Shown here piece after piece: positions 56,021 through 64,000 of a stretch of DNA of 64,000 nucleotides (position 1 is the first letter of the stretch; every line of letters starts with the position of its first letter). The notes under the pieces were generated by a model. It was not told where the DNA came from. It saw only the letters and a program-made list of their open reading frames with translations, and ran no database searches. Made by a program: the position numbers and the translations under genes. The DNA comes from an uncultured Eubacteriales bacterium (lineage in GTDB: Bacteria > Bacillota > Clostridia > Oscillospirales > UBA644): NCBI GenBank assembly GCA_905207625.1, contig CAJLLT010000007.1:19358-83357 (forward strand), in the 5' to 3' direction.

Positions 56021-56896
56021 TTAAACTCCGGGGAAAATGACCATTCCGAGGGTTCCGGCGACGATCAGGGCAAGTCCCACAAGAGCTTTCGGAGTGATCT
56101 TTTCGTGAAACACGAAACGGGAAAAGGCTACGGTCACGAGAATACTGAGCTTGTCCACGGGTACGACCACGCTTGCGAGCCCGTCACGGAGAGCCTTATA
56201 ATAGCACGGCCAGGAAGCGCCGGTGGCAAGCCCCGAAAGGCAGATAAAACCTATCTCTTTTTTCGGTATTCCTTTTAATTTTCCGCCCTTTCCGGTAACG
56301 AAGACCATAAGCCAGGACATGACAAGAACCACGGCAGTCCTTATTGCCGTACCGAGGTTGGATTCCACCCCCTCAATTCCTATCTTACCGAGAATCGAAG
56401 TCAGAGCGGCGAAAACTGCGGATAACAGAGCAAATATAAGCCATGATCCGCCCGCGCCCCCGGAACCGGCGGAGGCACCGTCCTTTTTGGTCATAAGATA
56501 TGTACCGACTGCAATGAGAACAATACAGCCTCCTTTTATCCAGGTGATGGGTTCGTGGAAAAATATCACCGCGAGGAGTATAGTGAGGACTGTGCTTGAC
56601 TTATCCACCACCGCAACCTTGTTCACATCGCCGATCTGCAGAGCCTTGAAGTAACACAGCCAGGATGCACCGGTTGCAAGTCCCGAAAGGACGATGAAAA
56701 GCCAGGTCCGGGCAGAGATAGACTTTATTCCGTCAAAAGAGCCGACAATTAAGACCATTCCGAGGGCGGTCAGGAGAACGACAATGGTTCTTATTGCTGT
56801 AGCCACGGTGGAGTCCGTTTTTCTTATGCCGCATTTAGCGAGAATAGCTGTAAGCCCGGCGAACTATGACGACAAAAACGCAAAAACGATCCACAT
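56021..56896 (-). pseudogene. EamA/DMT-family transporter gene interrupted by an in-frame TAG at codon 11
   Basis: The ATG at 56894-56896 gives MWIVFAFLSS-TAG(56864-56866)-FAGLTAILAKCGIRKTDSTVATAIRTIVVL... The pre-stop and post-stop segments together mirror the second EamA repeat, SWLIFALLSAVFAALTSILGKIGIEGVESNLGTAIRTAVVL. The ORF track starts only at GTG 56806. Confidence 0.55.
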
Positions 56897-56940
56897 AAAC
56901 AACCCTTCTTTTAATAAAAACTACTTAAAATTAAAATTTT

Positions 56941-57969
56941 TCAGTCAACCTTTATTTTTCCGGCAAGTATCTGCTTGTAATCCTCAAGATTGGCTTTGAG
57001 AAGTTTAGGGGTATCCAGACCGTAGGGACATTTTGAAGCACACTGATAGCATCCGATGCAATTCTCGATCTTCATCATTTTTTCCTGCCCCTGAACCGAC
57101 AGCCAGTTGCGGGAAGGACTGCGGCGGATAAGCTGGGACATCCGGGCGCAGTTATTTATCTCAATTCCCACGGGACATGGCATACAATAGCCACAGCCGC
57201 GGCAGAAGTTACCGACAAGCTGTTCTCTGTCCTTACGGATGAATTCCCGTATCTCATCGGTCATGACCTGACCGGCGCTCATATAGGAAATGAATTCGTC
57301 AAGCTCGCTTTCCCTCTGAACTCCCCATATAGGAAGAACATTGTCAAACTGCTCAATATACCCGTAAGCCGCGGCGGAATTTGTCAGCAATCCCCCGGAA
57401 AGGGCTTTCATGGCAATAAACCCAATGTTGTACTCTTTGCACAGACGGACTATTCCAATATCCTTTTCGGTCGCCAGATAGCAGAACGGAAATTGCAATG
57501 TTTCATAAAGTCCGGACCGGACAGCCTCCTCCGCCACATTCAGACGGTGATTTGTTATCCCGATATGACGGATCTTTCCCTCATCCTTCGCCTGAAGCAT
57601 TGCTTCATAAAGCCCTGTGCCGTCGCCGGGTCTGGGACAGAAAGCGGGATTATGGAACTGATAAACGTCAATGTAGTCCGTTTTCAGGTTTTCAAGGCTT
57701 GCGTTCAGATCTTTCCAGAAGCCCTCCACGGTGGTGGACATTGTTTTTGTGGCTATCCGGATATTTTTACGCACGTCGGACAGGGCAAGTCCGATTTTTT
57801 CCTCACTGTCGGAATATGCACGGGCAGTATCAAAATATGTAAATCCGGCATTATACGCCTTACGCAGAAGCATCGCCGCATATTCTTCGCTGACACGCTG
57901 TATGGGAAGCGCTCCGAAGGCATTTTGCGGGCTTGTAATACCGGTGGAACCGAGTGTGACTGTTCTCAT
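56941..57969 (-). CDS. aldo/keto reductase with a C-terminal 4Fe-4S ferredoxin-like domain
   Basis: 342 aa ORF with an AKR N-terminus (FDTARAYSDSEE). CxxCxxC motifs CRGCGYCMPCP and CIGCYQCASKCP are present. Confidence 0.85.
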   Translation of the reverse strand: MRTVTLGSTGITSPQNAFGALPIQRVSEEYAAMLLRKAYNAGFTYFDTARAYSDSEEKIGLALSDVRKNIRIATKTMSTTVEGFWKDLNASLENLKTDYIDVYQFHNPAFCPRPGDGTGLYEAMLQAKDEGKIRHIGITNHRLNVAEEAVRSGLYETLQFPFCYLATEKDIGIVRLCKEYNIGFIAMKALSGGLLTNSAAAYGYIEQFDNVLPIWGVQRESELDEFISYMSAGQVMTDEIREFIRKDREQLVGNFCRGCGYCMPCPVGIEINNCARMSQLIRRSPSRNWLSVQGQEKMMKIENCIGCYQCASKCPYGLDTPKLLKANLEDYKQILAGKIKVD

Positions 57970-57993
57970 GATTTATTCCTTTCTGTTATCTTA

Positions 57994-58671
57994 TCAAATT
58001 CTGAGCGTCCGCAGGTATTTCTTTTCCCCGTCGCTTATCCGGTAACTTTCTATCGCCTTCCGGATAGTTTTATTATGTACCCAGGCGGAAAGTCTCCCCT
58101 CCTGAAGCACTTTGACGGCGGAATCGTACTGTTTTGCCAGAGCTGTGGCGAAAAACCAGGCCTGCATCATCATGACATAATACTCTTCGCTCCTGATCCC
58201 GTAGACTTTTTTGAGTATATCCTCTGTGAAATTCCGGTTAAGGAAATACCTCATAAGTGTACCTATACCGTAGCGAACTGTATAAACATGGTCCGAGGAT
58301 ATCCATTTTTCCGCGTAAGGAAGCAGTTTTTTCGTATTCCCGGCAAAGACCTTTGGGTTCATGCAGTCACAGGTCGCCCAGTTATCCACATACGGAAGAA
58401 AATCCTCCACCTTGGACACAGCCTTTTCAAAATCTTTTTCCTTTTCAATAAGAAAAGCATGGAGATTGTTTTCCTCATAATATTTATGGGGCAGTTGCAA
58501 TATAAAAGCGTCCGCAACCGGAGTGCCGTCAAGCTGTTTTGCAAGCAGCCGGAGCTGAGGTGTCCTCACTCCTATCACCGTTTCTGGAGACACAGCAGGC
58601 ATCAGCGACTGCTGAAATCTCTGATATTCCCTGTCCTGAAGCCGGAAAAGCAGTTCTTCTGTCTGTTTCAT
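57994..58671 (-). CDS. DNA alkylation repair protein (AlkD-like HEAT-repeat family)
   Basis: 225 aa helical-repeat protein with a conserved WATCD-type segment (YVDNWATCDCM). Confidence 0.7.
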   Translation of the reverse strand: MKQTEELLFRLQDREYQRFQQSLMPAVSPETVIGVRTPQLRLLAKQLDGTPVADAFILQLPHKYYEENNLHAFLIEKEKDFEKAVSKVEDFLPYVDNWATCDCMNPKVFAGNTKKLLPYAEKWISSDHVYTVRYGIGTLMRYFLNRNFTEDILKKVYGIRSEEYYVMMMQAWFFATALAKQYDSAVKVLQEGRLSAWVHNKTIRKAIESYRISDGEKKYLRTLRI

Positions 58672-58724
58672 CTTTGTGTTGACCTCAAAAAATATACCTG
58701 CGAATGAGTTCTATTTCCGACTGT

Positions 58725-58753
58725 ATTATAGCACATTTGCCGGAATTTGTAAA
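58725..58753 (-). promoter_or_regulatory. sigma-A-like promoter TTTACA-17-TGcTATAAT for the alkD-like gene
   Basis: The reverse complement of 58748-58753 is TTTACA and that of 58725-58730 is TATAAT. Confidence 0.6.
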
Positions 58754-58974
58754 TAGTGATTTAAACGGTTCCGGCTATGCAGAAGATAGCCGGTTTCCCC
58801 TCATTAACAAAACATCACTCAAAAGAAAAAAGAAGCAGCCATACAACTGCTTCTTTCTCTTCGTCTGGTACGAGTGTTCATAACAGACTTACAAAAAGAC
58901 GGTCGGACATATTCCTTTCGTGCTGGTTTTGCCGGTGATACAAGTGAAAAACGAAATTTGAAAGGAAACAGATC

Positions 58975-59325
58975 ATGAAAATTACTTACACGGAAAACAA
59001 AAACGGCATTTATTATCCCAATCTGACTTTGCCGACAGGCACAACCTATTCCATCGGCAAATATGGACAGTTATATCTTGACTATCTCAAAAAGCATCGG
59101 CGGGGTACATACACAACGCTCCTGACAGAAAACCGTCTGAATGAATATTTGCACCGAGTTGATTTTGCGGCAAGGGAGGCGGTTTTGAAGATCACAGAGG
59201 AACTCGCTACCGCACGAGGGATTGACGAGCACCTGAAAACCGCTGATCCCATCCGATGGGTGCAGGAAATGAATGTTGCCAAGCATGATGCGGAGGAAAT
59301 CGTTATGGGAAATTACTTTGCATGA
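58975..59325 (+). mobile_element. tnpV: transposon-associated protein TnpV
   Basis: 116 aa ORF: ...YYPNLTLP...IGKYGQLYLDYLKKHRRGTYTTLLTENRLNEYLH...RGIDEHLKTADPIRWVQEMN. This is the pattern I recall for TnpV of Tn4451-family clostridial elements. Confidence 0.75.
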
Positions 59326-59432
59326 GTAAATGATGCAGCATCAAAAATGAACTGCCGGTACATTTGGGGCGGCAGAGATGTGAATTGCAAAAAGATGCTG
59401 AACAAGCAGAATACCCATGAATTTTCAAGCAA

Positions 59433-59467
59433 AACGCTCCCCACTCCTTCTTGGAACGGGGAGCGTT
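59433..59467. terminator. hairpin between convergent tnpV and the helicase gene
   Basis: AACGCTCCCC (59433-59442) pairs with GGGGAGCGTT (59458-59467). Confidence 0.6.
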
Positions 59468-59477
59468 CATTTTCGTG

Positions 59478-62400
59478 CTAGAACGAAATTTCATCAAAGG
59501 AGTCGTTTTCAATTGTTTCAACTGATCCAACAAATTGCTTTAAGAATTCGATTGCCAGTTTTCTATCGAGCAAGTCATGAACCTTTTGGTTTTCGTAACT
59601 GCGCAAACAATTATAGCAAGATGGTTCACAGTTGCATTCACTCATTGATTTCAATGCTGACATAAAGATGCTATGAAGCATTTTTCCGTCCTTTGTTACC
59701 AATCGTCTTGAGTGACCTGCACCACCGGGAACAGAATCATAAATTACGATGGAAAGATCTAAAATGCCGTTGATAAGCTTCGCAGACAGACATGCCTTGA
59801 TATCTCGTCTTTCGATATTCAAATCTTTAGCCATCGCATTCAAGATTGCATACATTACTGACACCATTGTATTGTAATCGGAGGTGTTGCATCTGAAAGA
59901 TATTTTAGCGACATCGGTTTTGAATTCGTGGTGAAGCGAACGTCTTACAAGCTCGTGGCAGTTGCAATTATACTGACCGTATAAGCTTTCGTGAGATTTG
60001 ACAGTTGTTATTGACAGCGCTCCATCACGCATTTGCTTTTCAATTTCTTTTTCACCTATACCTTCATCCTCAGCAACAGCGTAACCGCAGAGAGGACAAA
60101 CATAGAAGTTATTATAGGATTTTACCATCAAAGAATCATTAGTTGTTGACTCGACCTGTATCTCGATGGAGTTGAACAGATATCTGTGCTTATCAATAGT
60201 TCTTGCAGCAATGTTTCCGATGTAATAATCCTCGGAGCGATAATTCTTCTCTTGGCGAGTCATGGGAACATCTCGATCCTGTCGCTCGGCAACAAAGCCG
60301 GAGCGCGGCTCGATGCTCTCGTAGAAGTCCATCTTGAATAGCTTTCTACCGCAGGCCGAGCAAGGTATACCTTCGCTTGTTATGGGTGTAATGCTATAAT
60401 TAACAGTATTACAATCCTTGTTGCGACAAGTTCCTATATAGCCTGTATACCAATCTTGCTTATCCTTGCCGGTTGCAGACTTTTTAATATAACGGCTTGT
60501 ATAAAGTCTACCATCTGCGACAACCTCAGAAGAAGGCGCATATTCAGCTATTGCAATTTGCAAATCTCTGCTCAATCTTAACTTAGAAACATTATTTGCG
60601 GTTGTATTTTGCTGCAGTTCTACCGTATTAACCGGGAAACCGTATCTCGGCAGTATATTGCCGCGCGCCAAGAAGTCAATCAACTTGTTTTTCTTGTAGT
60701 GCTGAAGCTTTCTCTCACACATAGCCGCTTTTGTTAAATCGTTTTCTCTCTTGAATTGTTTGATCAGCTTTTCGAAGTTTTGAATGTTGTTTTCATACTC
60801 CTGAATCAACTGTGTAAAAACACCTTCAGCGCCGCTAAATTCTTCAATCCAAGAAAAATCGTCAATTCCAAGGCGCTTATGCAAATTATCGAGATCGGGG
60901 ATGGATACCTTCAGCATATCCAAAAGTCTTTGCGGATGACGATTGATCCATTCGATAAAGCCCTCATATCCCTTTTGGTTTATGAACTTATCAGCATCGT
61001 TATGATTATATTGATCCTCGTGGTCCGCAAAATATATACTCAACGCAACCGCATAGATATGTCTACGAACAATCTTCTCATTATCCAACTTAAAGAGCGG
61101 AGGAAGTATTGTTCCGCCAATCATCCGCTTGGGATCCTTGAAGAATGCCAAGTCGTGAGAGCTCAGCTTTGCAAATGTAAGCACGAATGCCGCCGCATCG
61201 AGGCTTCGGCCTGCACGTCCGGCACGCTGTGCGTAGTTGGATGGCAAAGGAGGAACATCTCGCAAAAATACGGTTTCAAGGTCACCAACATCGACACCCA
61301 TTTCAAATGTGGTTGAGCAAGAAAGCGCATTAATTTCTTTCTTGATGAACTGCTCCTGATATTCTGCACTCTCTTTTTTGCTCAGCTGTGCGGTGTGCTC
61401 TTTGATAAGCAGCGGTGACATTCTATCGCTCATATACAGCTTTGCAAAATGATTATCTCTCGTAATATCATCGGGCAAAACTTCAACGATCTTTCCTCCG
61501 CATCTAACAGAAGGGCAATGACCTAAATTAAACTGCGTTATTTTACCGCATTTTTTACAACGGTACCAATGTGCATCTGGAGAGCCGTTTACCTTAACAG
61601 TAAAATGTTTTGCACGAAGTACATAAGTGCCATCTTTATTCAGGTCATCCATGCAATACGGATTGCCGCATTCGGGATCAGAAAGATAATCAAAATACTG
61701 CGTTAAAAATTCTATCGCACGATCCTCAGTTATACCAAGAATTGAGCAAACATAATACAGACGATTTGATTTGTAATATCCGTTTCCGCTGCCCTTGCTT
61801 TTGGGCATCCAATTTGACACCGTAGTTCTCTTTCTTTCGGGGGATTGCATAAAAGCAACGAATCTCTGTGACGGAGTGAAGAATATGTATTCTCTGTCGT
61901 TATCGTCGATATCACTATCGGAGTCTGTATATATTGCTCCTATTTTAACGATTTCGAAGATTAACAAATCGAGCAATGCTTTTACCGAAATAGGATCTGT
62001 ACTATATTCGTCAGCAATTGCCTGAACAATTTCCGGTGTGTTTCCTTTATACTCGAATTGAATTTGTCCTAATGCAGTAAGAGATGTAGTAGAACCATAT
62101 CGCGCTAATTCATTAAGAAGTGCAACCCATGCATTCTTACGGCTATCCAATGTAAGATTGCTTTCATCCGAATTGCTCTTTGCAAAGCTCTTCTTTGATG
62201 TAAAATAATTTGTGAGCATCGTCACAAAATCGGATATCGTATATTCGTGGGCAATAATCTCGTCTTTTCTCTCTGCTATGATGCGACAAATGCCACGCCT
62301 ACGCAAAAACTCATTATAGCTCTTTCCCAGATAGCACGCGAATTTAGCCGCTTCTTGTCTGCTGTCGGAGAAAGCTAAAAACTGTCTTCCTGTCTTTTGC

Positions 62401-64000
62401 GCAACTTTTTTATTGGATGAGACCGCTCTTGCAAAAATGTTTTTCGCCTTAGTCTGTTCTACATTCTCAACATATTCGATTTCGGGAAGCTCCTCATACA
62501 AGGAAGTTGCTAAGACAGCTGTTGCAGCATCGTTACCAAGATACAATCTCTTGTAATGACCGGTGTGACAGTTTCCGCATCTTGCACCTATTTTGAGGAT
62601 TTTTGCTTTAATAACTTTAATATAATTTTCTTTGCCGCAATCGCAAGGCAGATTATGAATCTCATTTTCGGCAACGATTGCTCCACAGATTGGGCAGAGA
62701 TAGAATACTTCTTTCTTTCCGTCGGTTTCGTCATCGATATCGTCATCTTCAATATTAATATTATCGTCGGAATCAAGATAATAATATTCGACTTTTTCCT
62801 CAAGCTTGCTTGCCTGAGCCAATTTACGACTCTCAATTTTTCCGACTATTGCAATTCGTCCACAATCATCGCAAACAGCTGCTTCGAAAACGGCAGATTC
62901 TTTGCCGCTTTCCCAATAGGTTCTTTGGCGGTTTAAGAACAATCTTTTATCACCGTTTAAAGTAATATAACAACCTTCAAGACTACGGATAAAAAAATGA
63001 TATCTTGCATCAATCAATGATTTTTTGTTTTTTTGTGCGCGAGTGCAAAGCGAAATAAACGCAATTGCTACATCCATGCTCACAGACAGCTTTTCTCCAA
63101 TTTCGGATAACTCACAAATGCCGCCAAGATGCAGACGTAATGAATGATACAAATCAGAGGATAATAAGAAATCATACAGCAGTTCTTTTTCATCAGTTGC
63201 TTTATCAACATTAAATCCGTAATCATTCAGAACCTGCCATACAAAATTTTCACTATCCGCTAATTTATTGTATAGCTCGTCCGGATATTTCTTAATTGTA
63301 GCGTTCGGGACATACGGTTCTCGTTCGGCTCTAATGATATACTTTTTGTCAAAGTTTACACCACACAGATTCTCCGCAAAGGTGATGATATCATCGTCCA
63401 CACTGCTATCGCTACCTAAGGTAGCACTCGTTAAGATAAAGCGTGTATCCTTGGTGGCCGAAATTCTTGCTTTCAATCTACGCAGAAGGATTGATGTTTC
63501 TATACCTGTTGCACCGGTATATATGTGTGCTTCATCCAAAACAACGAATCTAAAATCCGCATTGGAGAAAAGCACATCATCCTTCGGACGCAACAGCAAA
63601 TGCTCAAGCATTGCATAGTTAGTAAACAGAATGTTCGGAGGATTTTTCTTCATTTCGTCACGAGAAAGAATTTCGTTTGGCAATCTGTGGCGAAGCTCAG
63701 GCACTTTTTCTTTGGCGAACATCGCTTCATATACTGCGATAGCACTTTCTTCGTCATTTTCTGTGCCACCGTTATATGCGCCAAAGGTTATATCAGGATA
63801 GCACATCAAAATTTCCCTGATATTCTTCATTTGGTCGTTTGCAAGAGCGTTCATCGGATAAATGAATAATGCACGAACTCCCTTGCCGAGCGTTCCTTGT
63901 TCCTTTTCTCTCAACAGTTCGTTTAGTACAGGAATCAAGAAGCAGTTTGTTTTACCGCTACCTGTACCGGTGGAAACAACAGCATTATTTCCTCCGACGA
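59478..64000 (-). CDS. giant SF2 DEAH-box helicase fused to a C-terminal DUF1998/MrfA-type zinc domain (Druantia DruE-like); the N-terminus lies beyond the window end
   Basis: The frame is open from 59478 to the window edge. Walker A STGTGSGKT is at about 63950-63975, DEAH at 63525-63536, and motif VI QRAGRAGR at 61206-61229. The C-terminus carries IVIYDSVPGGAGHS ... CNCEPSCYNCLRSYENQKVHDLLDR (59559-59750). Confidence 0.9.
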   Translation of the reverse strand, partial: VGGNNAVVSTGTGSGKTNCFLIPVLNELLREKEQGTLGKGVRALFIYPMNALANDQMKNIREILMCYPDITFGAYNGGTENDEESAIAVYEAMFAKEKVPELRHRLPNEILSRDEMKKNPPNILFTNYAMLEHLLLRPKDDVLFSNADFRFVVLDEAHIYTGATGIETSILLRRLKARISATKDTRFILTSATLGSDSSVDDDIITFAENLCGVNFDKKYIIRAEREPYVPNATIKKYPDELYNKLADSENFVWQVLNDYGFNVDKATDEKELLYDFLLSSDLYHSLRLHLGGICELSEIGEKLSVSMDVAIAFISLCTRAQKNKKSLIDARYHFFIRSLEGCYITLNGDKRLFLNRQRTYWESGKESAVFEAAVCDDCGRIAIVGKIESRKLAQASKLEEKVEYYYLDSDDNINIEDDDIDDETDGKKEVFYLCPICGAIVAENEIHNLPCDCGKENYIKVIKAKILKIGARCGNCHTGHYKRLYLGNDAATAVLATSLYEELPEIEYVENVEQTKAKNIFARAVSSNKKVAQKTGRQFLAFSDSRQEAAKFACYLGKSYNEFLRRRGICRIIAERKDEIIAHEYTISDFVTMLTNYFTSKKSFAKSNSDESNLTLDSRKNAWVALLNELARYGSTTSLTALGQIQFEYKGNTPEIVQAIADEYSTDPISVKALLDLLIFEIVKIGAIYTDSDSDIDDNDREYIFFTPSQRFVAFMQSPERKRTTVSNWMPKSKGSGNGYYKSNRLYYVCSILGITEDRAIEFLTQYFDYLSDPECGNPYCMDDLNKDGTYVLRAKHFTVKVNGSPDAHWYRCKKCGKITQFNLGHCPSVRCGGKIVEVLPDDITRDNHFAKLYMSDRMSPLLIKEHTAQLSKKESAEYQEQFIKKEINALSCSTTFEMGVDVGDLETVFLRDVPPLPSNYAQRAGRAGRSLDAAAFVLTFAKLSSHDLAFFKDPKRMIGGTILPPLFKLDNEKIVRRHIYAVALSIYFADHEDQYNHNDADKFINQKGYEGFIEWINRHPQRLLDMLKVSIPDLDNLHKRLGIDDFSWIEEFSGAEGVFTQLIQEYENNIQNFEKLIKQFKRENDLTKAAMCERKLQHYKKNKLIDFLARGNILPRYGFPVNTVELQQNTTANNVSKLRLSRDLQIAIAEYAPSSEVVADGRLYTSRYIKKSATGKDKQDWYTGYIGTCRNKDCNTVNYSITPITSEGIPCSACGRKLFKMDFYESIEPRSGFVAERQDRDVPMTRQEKNYRSEDYYIGNIAARTIDKHRYLFNSIEIQVESTTNDSLMVKSYNNFYVCPLCGYAVAEDEGIGEKEIEKQMRDGALSITTVKSHESLYGQYNCNCHELVRRSLHHEFKTDVAKISFRCNTSDYNTMVSVMYAILNAMAKDLNIERRDIKACLSAKLINGILDLSIVIYDSVPGGAGHSRRLVTKDGKMLHSIFMSALKSMSECNCEPSCYNCLRSYENQKVHDLLDRKLAIEFLKQFVGSVETIENDSFDEISF

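Noticed and set aside
57493-58707. A 404-aa plus-strand ORF spanning two minus-strand genes.
   Set aside because: It crosses the intergenic gap between the aldo/keto reductase and alkD-like genes, both of which have convincing protein sequences. Its own translation is Cys, Phe and Arg-rich nonsense.
1-64000. CRISPR arrays, rRNA genes, IS elements with terminal inverted repeats, group II introns, and toxin-antitoxin pairs.
   Set aside because: Reading both strands I found no regularly spaced direct repeats, no rRNA-like conserved blocks, and no transposase or reverse-transcriptase ORFs. The only mobile-element signature is tnpV.

Overview
The window looks like a chromosomal segment of a spore-forming Firmicute of the Clostridia type; this taxonomic call is an inference from gene content. 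The content that supports it is spoVT, yabP and yabQ, a SpoVB/MurJ-like flippase, cotH, a tepA/ylzJ pair and HU. About 58.7 kb is densely packed housekeeping DNA. It holds potABC, glk-rluA, an AGCS symporter, the yabO-yabP-yabQ-divIC block, a DUF1015 gene with folD, and gltX-glnS. It also holds two tRNA pairs (Leu-Gly and Met-Glu), hflX, serC-serA, an SPFH/NfeD pair, a cysteine desulfurase, cdaA-cdaR, mecA, spoVT, mrp and queG-rnhA. The pyrH-frr-uppS-cdsA-dxr-rseP-ispG operon follows, then a YfhO/GT2/GtrA glycosylation module. Many units have near-consensus TTGACA-17-TGnTATAAT promoters and clear hairpin terminators. From about 58.75 kb the character changes. A tnpV mobile-element gene is followed, convergently, by a visibly AT-richer gene that runs off the window end. 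That gene encodes a giant SF2 (DEAH) helicase of more than 1,500 aa fused to a DUF1998/MrfA-type zinc module and studded with zinc-ribbon insertions. It is the best candidate for a defence system, being Druantia DruE-like or a new variant, but any partner genes would lie beyond position 64000. Other points worth a second look are a perfect 64-nt three-hairpin four-way-junction element at the rnhA promoter and leader, an orphan promoter-terminator unit that predicts a roughly 100-nt C-rich sRNA, an EamA transporter gene interrupted by an in-frame TAG, and a recurring PTEPATEP linker in four exported cell-wall enzymes. I found no CRISPR array, rRNA or recognisable riboswitch.
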